From: the human T2T-CHM13v2.0 reference genome, Homo sapiens | Reading direction: 5' to 3' (one strand) | Assembly: GCF_009914755.1 (NCBI RefSeq) | Contig: NC_060925.1 | Length of the DNA: 64,000 nucleotides | Shown here: positions 40,930 to 58,907 of the stretch, in pieces | Layout: each line of letters begins with the position of its first letter | Numbering within the stretch: the stretch's first letter is position 1 | Position numbers and translations under genes: made by a program | Notes under the pieces: generated by a model | Databases searched by the model: none | What the model was told of the DNA's origin: nothing | The model's input: the letters and a program-made list of their open reading frames with translations, nothing else

Positions 40930-42430
40930 AGGAGTTCCCTTTTAAGATCGCTGTAGGAAGAGTCAGAAGGTCAAGGACAAGGCGCCGAGGTGCCTACCCT
41001 CTTAGTACTTTGTGTTGGGGAGTGGAGGCTGTCCAGAGAGGCTGGCCAAGGGGAGGCTCCCCCTGGGAAGATGGGGATCTTTTTTAGGTGGTGCTGCAAA
41101 GGGACACTTTTTCAGAGAGACAAGGGGAAAACACTCGCATATATTTACTTCTTTAGAAGTTGAGAAAGTTAAAAGAATGGGAAGATGCCATCTGCTTCCC
41201 ATTTCTGAGAAAGGGTACATTAAAATAGCTTGAAATTAAGCAGAATGTATAAAATTAACGTCTGAGTATAGTCATTTCCCGTTTTTCCTGACACATCTTT
41301 CAGCTGTGTAGCAACAGATCCGCATTCCTGGTGTCAGAAGACAGTTGTTAATGTGCTAGTTAAAATTTTATTTTATTTTTGTACTGTTGAGCAAAATTTA
41401 GACTTAACTCTGTTTTATTTAAGAAGCATTTTTGTTAAATGCTTTAATTAATATTAATCAAATTTTTTTGTATTTAAGCAGTTTTCAACAATCTATTCCT
41501 CAAGCAATTCAGAGAACCTGCTGTGTGGTGATTATGTATTTTTTATTTCATAAATGGGGGTAGTGAGGCATAAGTGTTTTGGAATTAGCATTTGTCATCA
41601 TCTAATATACTGTGTAAATTACATCTTTTCACTGTGTATTGTCTGGCTGCCACTGCTAGACTCTTAAGTTCCAGGTGGACAGGGATCTTATGCCAGGTGG
41701 ACATGGCATACATGTATGTATGGCAGGCACTGTTCTAAGTATATACAATAGTCCCTGGAGTGTCCAGGGACTGTTCATTGAATGAATGAGTAAAGACTTC
41801 TGTCAACAAATATCATTTAGTCTAGTGCTCAAGTGGGCTGTAATACTCTGTTTCTGAATTAAACAGTCTGGCTTGGTGATAGTCACTGACAGCACCAAGC
41901 AGATCCATGGGAGCTACCCCAGAAAAGCTTGTGATGCAGAGGAGAGGAGCAAAATGTGCGCTCCCTGTGTGCAAATGGATTCCCACAACCACGGAAGGAA
42001 GAACTGCGGCAGACATGCTTGGTTCTTAATCTCAGACTCATCAGTCAGGGAATTCACTCCTGTCTAAGGGGCGAGTGAGGGTGAGGCAGGAAGCCAGCAT
42101 GTCCCCTGTGAAGGAGCTCTTTCCAGGTAGAAGCATGAAGCCCAGGAAAGGCAATTTATACAGCACATCACCAATAGAGAGATGGCCAAACCACTCTGAA
42201 CTCTACCATCTGAAGTGAACAATTTCTAATTATGTATCTTCAGATTTTTTTCTTTCAGATTTCTTTCTGATATATGTATCTACAGATATTTCTCTGTGCC
42301 GGTGTGGGCATTTTTTCTATATTTATTAACCCAGAATAGGTTTACTGTACATGTAGTTCTATAACCTGGCTTTTCTCTTAATATGTTATATATCTGTTAG
42401 GCATTTTTTGACAGTGATCCACAGCATCAT

Positions 42431-42735
42431 GTTTGTTTGTTTCTTGATTGACTGAGACAGATTCTCTCTCTGTCACCCAGGCTGGAGTGCAATGGTGCGA
42501 TTATAGCTCACTGCAGCTTCAAATTCCTGGACCCAAGAGATCCTCCTGCCTCAGCCTCCTGAATGGTTAGGACTACAGGCATGGGACACCATGCCTGGCA
42601 ACGTTTTTTATTTTTTGTGGAGACAGGATCTTGCTGTCTTGCCCAGGCTGGTCTTGAATTCCTGGCCTCAAATGATCCTCTTGCCTCAGCCTCCCAAAGT
42701 GCTGGGATTACAGGTGTGAGCCATCGTGCTCAGCC
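42431..42735 (-). mobile_element. Alu (J-like)
   Basis: Antisense dimer. Confidence 0.92.
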
Positions 42736-42779
42736 AACATTATGTTTATCGACTGTTTATTAATGTTCCATTTAATTTT

Positions 42780-43103
<324 letters not shown>

Positions 43104-43596
43104 TTAATTTAATGCCATCATTTATGCATTCAGCAATATTTTTGAGGGCCTACTATGTGCCAGGCACTAGTTGGAGTTGCTGAGGGTATAAGATGAGGTT
43201 CCAATTCTCATGGAGCTTATCGTTTAGAGGGAAAACAATACAAAAGTAAACAAGTAGGTGAGGATTTCTGAGTGTGCTAAGAACAAAGTAGAGCAGGGTA
43301 CTGAGGTGTGAGCACATCAGTAGATTTCGTAGGAAAGGCCTTTCTTAGGAAGTTATATTTGAGCTGAGAACTGAATGATAAAGGAAAGCCAGCTACTTGA
43401 GTATCTGGGGGAGGAATATTCTAGGCAAAGGTAATAGCCTGTGCAAAGGCCCTGAGGCAGGAATGTGCTTGCTTTGAGGAAATGTGAAAAAAAAAGTTGT
43501 TGATTGGAACAGTGTGGGGATCTGGCAGATGAGCTGGGTGAGGTAGGTAAGGGCTAGATCTTGTTGTGCCAAGTAGGCATAAAGAGTTGAGATTTT

Positions 43597-43888
<292 letters not shown>

Positions 43889-44547
43889 GAGTTGAGATTT
43901 TGTTTTAAGGGCAACATGAAGTTATTGGAGGATGAGCTATTAGGAAGTGAGCAACATAATATGAAGCTTTATGTTCAAAGGCTTTCTTGGCTACTGTGTG
44001 GCAGTCAGGGGAAGCAGAGAGACCAGTTAAGAGTCTGTTGCGATAACTGGTGATCTTGGTAAGAAATGACGGTGGGGGTGGAGGGAGTGAGAAGTGGATG
44101 TATTTCAGAGGTGGAGCTGTCAATTCATGGGATTGGATGTAGGGGGTAAAGGAAAGGAGAAATTTTGTGGCCTCAGCTACTGCGTTGGTGCTGGGGCTCG
44201 TCAGTGAGACAAGGAAGTGGAGATTAAGAGTGTTCTTCTGGGATGTCCTGGTTGTGAGATGTCTGTTAGACACCAGAGTGATGATGTTGAATAGGCAACT
44301 TCCATAAGTCTGGGGAGAGGTCCTGTCTGGAGATAAAAATTGGAGAGCCGTCAATGCGCAGGTGACATTTAAAGCCATAGACTAGGTGAGATCACCTGGG
44401 ATGCAGAAGATAGATGGAGAAAGGGAGACTAAGCCCCGAGCAGTGCAGGAGGAGCCAGCACAGGAGGCTGCAGGGGAGCCAGGGAGGCAGTGCTGAGGCA
44501 GGCAGGTGTGAAGTGGAAGCCAGGAGAAGGACATGTTTTAAGGAGGG

Positions 44548-45062
44548 TGCGTCACTTTTATGTTTGCTACTGTAACCAGTTATCACAAATTTAGTGGCTT
44601 AAAACAACACAGATTTCTTAACTGTTCTGTAGGTCAGTCATCTGACATGGGTCTCACTGGGTTGCCATCAGGGTGCCAGCAGGGCCATGTTCTTTATGGA
44701 GGCCCTAGAGAGGAATCTGTTTCCTTGTTTGTTCCACCTTCTAGAGTCTGCTTAATGTTCCTTGGCTTGTGGCTCCCTCCTTCATCCTTGATGCCAGCGA
44801 CGTAGAGTCTTTGTGACCCTGCTCTCTTCTCATTCACTCACCCTGACCTCTTCTGCCTCTTTCTTCCACTTTTAAGGACCCTTTTAATTACGCCGAGTCC
44901 ACCTGGATAATCCAGGATAATTTTCCTATTTTAAGGTCAGCTGATTAACAACCTAAATTCTATCTTCAGCCTTAATTCCCCTTTGCCTTGTGATGTTATT
45001 TATTTACAGGTTCTGGGGATTAGGGTGTGTATATCTTTGGGGTTCCTGTTCTTCCTTTCACA
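44548..45062 (-). mobile_element. MLT1 (D-like) solo LTR
   Basis: TG...CA ends; 5-bp TSD GAGGG at 44543 and 45063; CACAAATTTAGTGGCTTAAAACAACAC motif. Confidence 0.88.
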
Positions 45063-46063
45063 GAGGGTATCACAAAGGTTACTGGGAAGTTGGATAAAAT
45101 GAGGACGGAGAAGTCATTGTTGGATTTGGTCAACTGATTAGTAACCTCAATGGGTGGTTCCAGTGGAGTGTTGGTGCGGTGGCCCAATGGGAGTGAGTTG
45201 AAGAGCCAGCGAGGTGAGGACGTGGAGGCTACACATCTTAATGGTTCTTGGTGGCAGTTTTGCTTTGAAGGAAAGTAAATAGTGGCAAGAATTACAAAGG
45301 AAAAGCACAGAGGACAGCTCTGAGAGGATGAAATGGGAGACGGAATGTGGAACAGAGGTTCAGGGACGACTGCTGGAAGGAAGGGGCATTAGTGTAGTGT
45401 CTACTGGAAGAGATTAACTGGATGAAGAACCTGGAGTGAAACCAAGAAATGGTTTATAGGGATGGGGACATATGAAAGTGAAATTCACAGGGTTATTTTT
45501 AATAGAACAGCAGAAGGTACTGATGACTCCTGTTGCTTGCGCCTGGGTCAGTGGACAGGATCCTTGTCAGCAGCCACTACAGGGCCCGCAAGCCCACCTC
45601 AGATGCTGTCATTCCACGGGTGGTGGCCAAATCTTTGAAGTCAGTGTAGAACCTCTGCCCTTTCTTCCTGGGGAGCCTGGATCAGCCATGATCTTGCCCA
45701 GACTCAGCGCCATGGTGGAGGGACATCTCCTTTCCTCTCCTGCCCCCCAACCACTTCCCTTACACTTCTGCTCTTCTCTCCTCACCCGCTAAATTGTAGG
45801 CCTGCCTCCATTTCTTTCTTTACTTTGTTACGTTTTAATAACATTTATTCACTCCACAACATGCTCACAGAGGTGGAAGACCAAGTTAGTGCAGACCCAT
45901 TCATTCCTGGACCCAGTGGCTCTCAAGTGGGAGAGGTGCTGGTCTTAAAGGGTGTTTAGGAACAAGTGGGCGTCATAGTGAGTGTAAAAACGCCCTCGCC
46001 GTGAGGCTCAGAAGAGCCAGGCCTCCTCCTGCTCCTAGTCCAGTCAGTGCTCCTCCTTCATAT

Positions 46064-46240
46064 GGGTGGTTCGCAGCCCTGCTGCATGTTAGACTCACCA
46101 GGACAGATTTGTAAACATATCACGACCTGGGCCCTACCACAAACTAATTCAACTGGAGTCTCAGGGATAGGGCCCAAACTGAGGATTTTAAAAAGCTCCC
46201 TAGGAGATTCTGAAGTGCAGCCAGGGCTAAGAACTACAGC
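46064..46240. mobile_element. MER5-family element
   Basis: GGTGGTTC..AAAAGCTCCCTAGGAGATTCTGAAGTGCAGCCAGGGCTAAGAAC. Confidence 0.75.
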
Positions 46241-46266
46241 CTTAAATCTACTGTTGACTGCTTTCA

Positions 46267-46665
<399 letters not shown>

Positions 46666-47246
46666 TCATTATTAAATGTACAGTTATATTATTAAAATGT
46701 AGATCATTTGAATCAACTGACACGTCTGAATTTGGATTAAAACTCCTAAGCAGTATACGGTACTCAAAGCTTGGTACTGGTAGGGCACAGTTTGTTCATT
46801 TCTGTTTTTCACGTTGCCTTCTTTACACTTTTTTCCTTTCTGAATAGCCTAATATGACGAAGCAGCTATTTGTAACATGTGGGAATTATTTTTTCTTCTT
46901 TTCCTCCCATAGTCTGTCTCCATCTTTGAGCTGCTGTTCTTTCTACAGCTTAAGGTTCTTAGATGTCCATTCCATTCCCTACCCAGTCTTGGAACACTGT
47001 GAGATGAGCATTCCTGATAAGTGGTCATCCAATTTGGAAAGACAGTATTTTACAAGGTGATCAGTTTCTGAGGAATTTCAGTTAGAAAACTTTGTGTTTT
47101 TGGTTTGGTCAGGGAAAGATCCAGAAAAGTGATCAAGAGGTTAGCTCAAACCTGATATAGGGAGTTCTCAGAATAGAGATTGGCTGTTAATGGTCTCTTA
47201 TAATTTTTTCCTTGAGGGTAGTTTTATTAGTATGAGAGTAACTTAA

Positions 47247-47471
<225 letters not shown>

Positions 47472-47519
47472 TAATTCTCTATGACATTGACATACTCCCA
47501 CAACAGCTTCAGTATAATT

Positions 47520-49250
<1,731 letters not shown>

Positions 49251-49502
49251 ACTTAAACAAAACTGCCACATGTTGAAAACTTTAAAGAAACAATGTTACC
49301 ATGGATGATTTAAGTGCTGCTTCTTGGAGATATGGAAGTTTCAGTTTAGTAATTGCTTCTTAGCAGGTTGTATCTATGTTACTCTACACTGCTATTCTTT
49401 GGAAAGCTAGAGCGTAGTAACTAAGATCTGTTTGTTAATGACAGACCTCAAGGTCTCCTGACAGGTCTGGGAATAAGTTTTGAAAATAGGTTAATGGGAT
49501 AT

Positions 49503-49853
49503 TGTATTAGTCCGTTCTCATGCTCCTAGTAAAGACATACCTGAGACTGGATAATTTATAAAGGAAAGAGGTTTAATGGACTCACAATTCCACATGGCTG
49601 GGGAGGCCTCACAATCATGGCAGAAGGCAAAGGAGAAGCAAAGGCATGTCATACATGGCAGACGAGAGAATGTGCAGGGGAACTCCCGTTTATAAAACCA
49701 TCAGATCTCTTGAGACTCATTCACTACCATGAGAACAATATGGGGGAAACAGTCCCCATGATTCAATTATCTCCACCTGGCCCCGCGCTTGACACATGGG
49801 AATTATTACAGTTCAAGGTGAGATTTGGGTGGGGACACAGCCAAACCATATAA
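49503..49853 (-). mobile_element. THE1 solo LTR
   Basis: TGTATTAGTCCGTTCTCATGCT...GGGGACACAGCCAAACCATAT; about 350 bp; TSD GATAT/GATAC. Confidence 0.93.
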
Positions 49854-50665
49854 GATACATTTTCTCACTTTTCACCATGTATATTTGGTTTTAAAATTTG
49901 AACTAGGATTTCTTTACTTATACTTAAAAGTAGGTTTTACAGATTCATTAAAACTTTCATATCAAATCTGTTTTGATAATCTGAGATATTCTCATCATCT
50001 CAAACTATTGGAAAATGCCCTTATCTACTCTCCATTTACGTGGAGCCACTTTTCATTTGAATGTTTGTTATGGCTCTTTTTATTCTCTTTATAAGGAGAC
50101 AATTGCCCAAATAAAGATATGCAGCTTTCCTGCCTGGGGCTGTAGTTGTACCATAGTAAGGAAATGGATATGAAGGTTTTTTAAAAAGTTCAAAAACAGA
50201 GTAGCTTGTATCATTTATATGCAAAAACTAGAAACATTTTTAGCTGTAGTTACGAAGACTTCTAGCTTTTTGTCAACTTTTTAACTAAAAGGAGTCCCAA
50301 AACACAGGTTATTTCTACATGGATTAAATTTATAATAATAAAGAATCATTAGTATTACTAAACCATATTGACAGAATTCTTGCTAAAACTAGGCTAGACA
50401 GACAAGGATGGATACTGAAGGTTGACACTGAAGACCTAGTTGGGAAGAGGATTCAGAGGAGCTTGGCTAGAGTTTGGTCAAGGAGACACTCTTGGTCAGT
50501 ATGTAAGTCTGGCTAATTGGAAGTAAATAAAAGGCAGCCATAGTCTTGGAGGGAAGACAGACATAAAAAATGATTGCAATATGGTATAAAAGGTATAATA
50601 GAATTATAAAGTATGTGTGTATAAGATGTATCTGCGGCAAAAAGGAGCAGTGATGGTCTGCTTGA

Positions 50666-50920
<255 letters not shown>

Positions 50921-51214
50921 AGGATGGATTTTTTTTTAAAAAATGACACTAAAGCTGTATTTTGAAGATGATTAGAAAGTTTGCTAGGCAGACAAAGAGA
51001 ATCAGCAAGAAAACTTTCTGGGCTGAAGGTACTACGTTTAGTCAAACTATTAATACTTCCTTTCCTGTGCAAAGGAACGGAAGAAGGAAGTAGTTTGAGT
51101 TGCTTGGATAATTCGCTATGGCTAGTTTAGGGTTTAAGGAGAGAGATGGATGAGTTAAGGTTAGAGAGTAGCAGCTAGATCATAGAAGGCTATGTATGCC
51201 ACGTTGCGTTTAAA

Positions 51215-51816
51215 TTTTGTTTTTTTTTTTTTGAGACAGAGTCTTACCCTGTCACCCAAGCTGGAGTGCAGTGGTGTGATTTCGGCTGACTGCAACCTCT
51301 GCCTCCTGGGTTCAAGCAATTCTTCCTGCCTCAGCCTCCCTAGTAGCTGGGATTACAGGCATGCACTGCCACCCCCAGCTAACTTTTTTTTTTTTTTGAG
51401 ATGGAGTCCCCCCGTCACCCAGGCTGGAGTACAGTGGCGGGATCTCTGCTCACTGCAACCTCCGTCTCCTGGGTTCAAGTGATTCTTCTGTCTCAGCCTC
51501 CTGAGTAGCTGGGATTACAGGCACGCATGTGGCACCCAGCTAATTTTTTTTTTTTTTTTGTATTTTTAGTAGAGACGGGGTTTCAGCATGTTGGTCAGGC
51601 TGGTCTTGAACTCCTGACCTCGTAATCTGCCTGCCTCAGCCTCCCAAAGTGCTGGGATTACAGGTATGAGCCTCCGCGCCTGGCCTAAGATTTTTATTTC
51701 TAGTAGAAAAAGAGTTTCACCATAGTGACCAGGCTGGTCTCAAACTCTTGACCACAGGTGATCCACCCACCTCACCAGTGTGCCAGGATTACAGGCATGA
51801 GCCACCACACCAGCCT
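51215..51816 (-). mobile_element. Alu with a second same-orientation Alu (about 51384-51685) in its central linker
   Basis: Right arm, full Alu, then left arm. Confidence 0.88.
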
Positions 51817-51835
51817 GGGTTTACATTTTAACAGA

Positions 51836-52123
51836 TTTTTTTGTTGTTGTTTTCTTTGAAGGTCTCACTCTGTCTCCCAGCTTGATCATAGCTCACCATA
51901 GACTTCAACTCCTTGGCCTCAAACAATCCTCTCATACCTCAGCCTCCAGCGTGGCTGAGACCACAGGGGTGCACCACCATATCTGGCTAATAGTTTTATT
52001 TTTATTTTGTAAAGACAGAGTCTCCCTACATTTCCCCGGCCTTGAACTCCTAGTCTCAAGTGATCCTCCCGTTTCGTCCTCCCAAAGTATTGGGATTACA
52101 GGCATAAGCTACTGCATCTGGCC
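51836..52123 (-). mobile_element. Alu (J-like, diverged)
   Basis: Antisense dimer. Confidence 0.85.
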
Positions 52124-52324
52124 TTTTAGCACAGTTTAATCAGAAGAGGAAAATGAGCAGATTTTTATTTTATGCAGTTACCCTGTGGACCATGTAGAGA
52201 ATGGTTTGGAAGAACGCTGGGAGTCTGGTGAGGAATCCATCCCAGAGGTAGTAACTAAGACCTGTTTTTAGACATTGGCAGTAGCGAAGGATCTGACTTG
52301 GGAGGTAGAGTTAGTAGCATTTAT

Positions 52325-52820
52325 GTGACCTCTAAGACGTGATCCTGTCACACTTTTTCTCTACTCTGTTAGGTTCAGTACTTGAGGGCCTTTGAATTAA
52401 ACTGACAGATGATAGATTAGCAAGAGAAAAGGTAGATTTTAATTTTGTAAATACTTAGGGGAGTTCACAAATAAATGTGACTGAAAAGAGTTGTTAGAAT
52501 TTGGGGTTTATGCACCATCTTAATAGATGAAGAGGAGAGGGAGAAAGGGTACTTCCGGGAAAACAAAGAACTATTTGGAAAGATAAATGGGCTCATAGGA
52601 GAATAAATGGAAGCTGTATATTTTCGTGACATTTTCTGTTTGGTTGTCTTCTCATCTCAGATGATTAGAGTTGCCCCTGTGGGAAAGGGTTCATGACAAT
52701 TGAGTTCTTTGAGTTCTTTTGGGAGGCTCTGCTTTTAGGCAGATAAGGGGTTTCAGGAACTCAAATGCCTTCAGCTCAAAATAATTTTTATGCTATAGTG
52801 GCTTATTCTGGATCCTTTCA
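52325..52820 (-). mobile_element. ERV1 solo LTR (MER34/MER39-like)
   Basis: Reverse complement starts TGAAAGGATCCAGAATAAGCCAC..GCATAAAAATTATTTTGAGCTGAAGGCATTTGAG. Confidence 0.7.
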
Positions 52821-53427
52821 CGGTGAAGGAGAGGAGAAATTCCTGAGATTCTGGTTTGAGTGATGGTGGTACTGTAGATAATGAAATACATAAAGAAGAG
52901 CAGGTTTCAGGACATACTGTATTTTCATTTGTATGGTTGAGCTTGGAGCACCTGGGGAACATCTAGAGATCCTAGAAAGCAGTTGGATGTAGATTTGGGA
53001 CCTAGAGAGAGCTCAAAGAAGCTGAGAGTACGGATAAAATTTTCCTTGGAGAGTAGGAGAATGAGAGAAGAAAGAGCTTCCAGAAATGAACTGAAGGAGG
53101 CTGGAAAATGAGAGAGGATGAAATGAGAGAGGGGACATAGAAAGGAAATTGAGCCTACAAAGGAGACTAAGAAGGAATAGTTGAAGATGAGGGGAGCTGG
53201 GAGAGTTACAGAAACCAAGGCAGGACATAGTAGCAAGGAGACTGAGCAATAGGGATCAGCAGTGCCAAGGTGCAGAGTAAAATTATAGAAGTGTTAAGGA
53301 AAAAAAAAATTATATATATATATATTTAGTATATGATAAAGGTACAGTTTTGAGGAGGAAATGGAGGGCTGTTTATTTAAATGGACATTTGGGACAATTG
53401 GCTTACCACTTAAAAAATATTAGGTTA

Positions 53428-53730
<303 letters not shown>

Positions 53731-55269
53731 TTAGTTTAGGTCCCCACCTCATGCCTTATACCAAAATAAATCTAAAAATTAAATGTAGAAATTGAAAATA
53801 GTAAAAATATTAGGAGAAAACGTGGGTCAATACTTACTTTGTGTTCAAGTTAGGAAGGACCATACCCATTCTAATTATAACAGAAAGAAAAGACTAAGAA
53901 ATTTTCATGTAAATCCAGCATGTCTGTGTGCTAAAAATATCATAAAATTAAAGTGTAAATGGCAAACTAGGAAAAGTATTTGCCATAGATTTGACAGGCA
54001 GAGGTTTAATATCCTTCATATCTAAATGATCTATCAAAAAAATGAATAACTGAAGGTTTCTGGTTAAGTAGGACTCATTGAAGATGTCTTTATCTTCCAT
54101 CCTTCCAAAATTTTGATAAAATGACAGGAATTACAGAAGGGGTAGACCCACAAAGAGTGAAAAAGGGAGAGTAGGGAAGATTTTTCTGGTTGATGATAGA
54201 CTAAGTTGTTGGGCCTTATTTCCTGCTGAGAGCAAGTCGAGATGATGGACAAAATTTAAAACAAAATTTATGTGAAGGAAATGGAGAGTTAACAAAATAG
54301 TGAAGATTTGTGGGTGTAAGAGGTGGGGCGTGGTGATGAGGTAGGGAAGCCCAAGATGTGAGACCAGCATTTGCAGTCATTTCTTTCCCAGAGGAATCTG
54401 CTCATTCCAGAAGAATTAGGCAGATGAGAAGCTGGACGGCTGAACAGAGTTTTTGTTAGACTCAGAGGGCGGAGGACAAAAATTGGAGTTTGGCTCAGAT
54501 CAGGGAGCAGGAAAACTTCTTAGGCTTTGAGTAGGAGACCCAAAAGCCTATATCTTAGAGATAGTAGCTCCTAACAGGTATTGAAGTCCAGCTCCAGACC
54601 CTCTCAGTTCCTGGCTGGATCAAGGTGTTCTGGAAAGAAGCAAGTATAATTTCTTTCATTAATAGAAGAAGATAACATCACTCAGAACCTCAGATGAGCT
54701 CTATGTTTATTTACAATGTTTGGCACTCAGAAATCACCAGGCAGATGAGGATTTAAGACAATGTTACTGAACGCCAAGAGAAACAACAGACTATGGAAGT
54801 GGATCGACAGGGATCCAGATAGTGAAGTTATTAGAAAAGGGTAAGGTATGTAGTATGTTTACGGAGTTAAAAGATTAAGAATAGGGAAATTGGAACCACA
54901 CCACCCCCTCCCCAGTAGAAAAACCAAATGTAAACTGTAGAGTTAAAGGACTGTAAATGAAATTAAGATGTCAGTTAATGGGTTTAGCAGTACATTAGTA
55001 ATAAGTAGAAAACAAATGTTCAGAATGAAATATGGAAATAAAAATGGTCTGGACATACATTATAGAGTGAGTCTTAGGGATTCTGTGGAAAGGTCTAACC
55101 AACATGTAATTGAAATCCTAGTAGGAAAGGAAGGAGGAGTGCTGCAGAAGCAGTATTTGGAGTGATGATAGCTGAGAATTGTTCATAACAGGCAAAAGCC
55201 ATCTCATCACAGATTTAAAAAATACTACCAGAAATCTAAGATAAGGAGAACATTTTAATAGTAACCAGA

Positions 55270-55702
<433 letters not shown>

Positions 55703-55907
55703 AGTAACCAGAGAAAAACTACGTACTACATTGAAAAGAGCAGTGAGATTGACAGCTAATTTCTCAATAGATGTAATAGTGCATCCTTCTCAGAAGGCAA
55801 TGAACTAATGTTTTAAAAATGTAAAAAAGAAGGTAAACAGCCAAACTAGAATGTTATACCCTTCAAAAGTGAGGACAAAATTATCACTTCTTTAGATCAA
55901 CAAAAAT

Positions 55908-56751
55908 GAGAAGGATTTAAAAGAAAAAGCCAAAACCCCAATTCTCTTTCTTCTACACTCACAAAACTTCTCATACCAAATGTGTAGGGTTTTTTTCATA
56001 CCAACCAATTCTCCAGTTCTCTGTGGACTCCGGGTATTCTGCAATTTAACTCAATTTGGATACTAACTGCCTGGAATTACTTGCTTCACAGGTTGAGAGC
56101 TTGGCCTCACAAGATTGCTTAGAAACCAATTGCAAGTCCAGGTCTCCGATATTTCTTACCGACTGCTATGAAGTGATTCCTATAACCCCCTCCTCAGATT
56201 CAGTGATTTGCTAGAATGGCTCACAAAACAGGGAAACATTTACCTAGGTTTACCTGTTGATTATACAGAATACAATTCAGGAACAGCTAAAAGAGAGATG
56301 CATAGGGCAGGGTATGGGGAGGAACTCAGAACTTGCACACCCTCTCCAGGTGAGTCACCCTCCCAGCTCCCCTATGTGTTCACCATCCCGGAAGCTGTCT
56401 GGACTCTGTTGTTTGGGTTTTTATGGAGGCTCTATTACGAAGGCATGATTGATCAAATCATTGGCCATTGGCCGTTGGTTATTGAACTCAGTCTCTAACC
56501 TCTCTCCCTTCCCAGGAGGTGGTGGGGTGGGGAGCAGAGTGACAGGGGATGAAAGTCTGAATCCTCTAATCACATGATTGGTTGCTTTGGTAACCAGTCG
56601 CCATTCTCCCGAGAGTCCTCTCATCATAAACTCAGGTATGTCTGCTCTTCTTACTACCGTAACTCAGGAAAGTCCAAGAGTTTCAGGGCTCAATGCCAGG
56701 AACTTGAAATGAAGACCAAATATATGTTTCTTATTATATCACAGTATCACA
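55908..56751. mobile_element. MER21-like LTR
   Basis: ACCAAATGTGTAGGGTTTTT..ATTTGCTAGAATGGCTCACA..CCAAATATATGTTTCTTATTATATCACAGTATCACA. Confidence 0.7.
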
Positions 56752-57789
56752 GAGTTAATTACACCAGACCTGCACTAAAGGGAATAATAGAAAGATTGGT
56801 CTTTGGCAGAAGAGAAATGATCCTGCATGGCAGCTTTAAGATGCGTGGAAAAGTGAAGACCAAAGAAAGGAGAAATAAGATGGTAAATGTAAATGAACAC
56901 TGTTGGGTAAAATAATTATTTGTGGTTTAAAATACACATAGAATTTAAAAATATAGTAGTAGCATATAAGTTGTGGGGGTGTTAAATAAAAGTTAATATC
57001 TTACGGTCTTTTCATTGCCCAGGAAGTGGTAAAAATATTAATTTACTTGAGACTTTGATAAGTCAAGGACACATGTTGTAATCTCTAAGATAGTCATTAA
57101 AAGAGTAGTAAAATATATGTAATTAACAAATTAATAGAGGGGAAATATGGAATAGTAACAGCAGTAGTAGTAGTAAAACTTGATTAATCTGAAAGAAGGC
57201 AAGACGACCAAAAACAGAAACAGAGCATGTGGGAAAAATAGGAAGTGAACAGTAAGTTGTTAGATTTAAACTTAGTCTATCAGTAATTATATTAAATAAA
57301 AATGAACCAAAATTTCTAATTAAAAAGCAAAGATTGGGAAATTGGATAAAAAATCAAAGCAGATCACAACTCTGTACCGCTTTCAAGGATGTAGAAAAGT
57401 TGAAAATAAAATGGTAGAAAAGCCATATTACTCAAACATTAAAAGAAAACTGGTGTACCTTTATTAACAAAGTGGGCTTTAGGGTAGAAATAATTGCTTG
57501 GGATAAAGACATACATAATGGTAAAATACTCAATTCAGTTCTCCAGGAAGTTACAACAGTTCTACCTCTGTATGTACCTAAAAACACTATCTCAAAATAC
57601 ATAAAGCAAGAATTAACAAAAATGACAAAGAACAGACAAATCTGCAATTCATAGTGGAAAGTTTTAATATACCGTCTTTATTAACTCAGAAACAAAGTAT
57701 CAGTAAGGACATAGAAGATTTCCATAACATAATGAACAAACTTGACCTAATTGAAATCTCAGTGGGTTTATGTGTAATCTAGACGTACT

Positions 57790-58200
57790 ACTGTCCTGTG
57801 CTTCATAACGATGTTTCAGTCAACAAGGGACTGACTAAATATATGATGCTGGTCTCATAAGATTTTATTGGAACTGGAAAATTCCTGTCTCGTAGGGATG
57901 TCATAGTGTCATAGTGTAACACATTACTGTTTCTATGTTTATATGTGTTTAGATACAGATACCTATCGTGTCACAGTTGCTTGCAATATTCAGTACAATA
58001 ATACGCAGATTCATAGCCCAGGGGCAATAGGATATACCATATGGCTTAGGAATGTGGAAGGTTGTACTATCTAGGTTTTTGTAAGTACATCTTTGTGTAA
58101 GTACGTTTGTGTAAGTACATTGTCATCTTTGCACAATGATGAAATAGCCTAGTGATGCATTTCTCAGAATGTATCCCTGTTGTTAAGCAACAAAAGACTG
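57790..58200. mobile_element. Tigger3/Golem-like DNA transposon
   Basis: CATAACGATGTTTCAGTCAAC...GATGCATTTCTCAGAATGTATCCCTGTTGTTAAGC. Confidence 0.75.
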
Positions 58201-58907
58201 TTGAAAATAAGATACATTCAAAATGAAATATGGAATATAATGAAATATGAAATACAACACTGCACCCAATAACTGTAGACTGTACATTCTTTTCATATGC
58301 ATAGGGAACATTGATCAAAATTGTTGATTTATAGAGTAAATCTCAACAGATTTCGAAAGACTAAATTCAGAATATCATACTTACAAAGACAGGTTTAATA
58401 TTTGAAAAATTGATCAGTGTAAATCACTAAATTAATAGAGTAGAGCAGAAAAATCATGTGATAATGTCAGAGGTGCAAAAATTGCCTTTGGCAAAATCCA
58501 ATACCCATTCAAAATGGAATCTCTTAATACATTATGAATGAAAGTTAACTTCCTTAATTTGATAAAGATTACTCAGAAAAATCCTATAGCAAACACCATG
58601 TTTACTGGTGAAATGTTGGAAGTTTTCTTTTGAGACAGGGAAAGAGAAGTTGTTTTCACTGTCACCAATTCTGTTTATTATTTTACTGGAAGTCCTACCT
58701 AGTTGAGTATGGCAAGAAAAATAGTACAGGGATGAGAAAGGGAAGAATAAAACTGTGATTTTGTAGATGACATGATTGTATATGTAGAAAATTAAAAAAA
58801 ACCTCTTTATAACTTATTATAAATAATAAGCTAGGTTGCAAGATTCAAGGTAATTCTGGACACAATTGCAATTTTATATGCCAACAACAAACACAAATTC
58901 CAAATTT

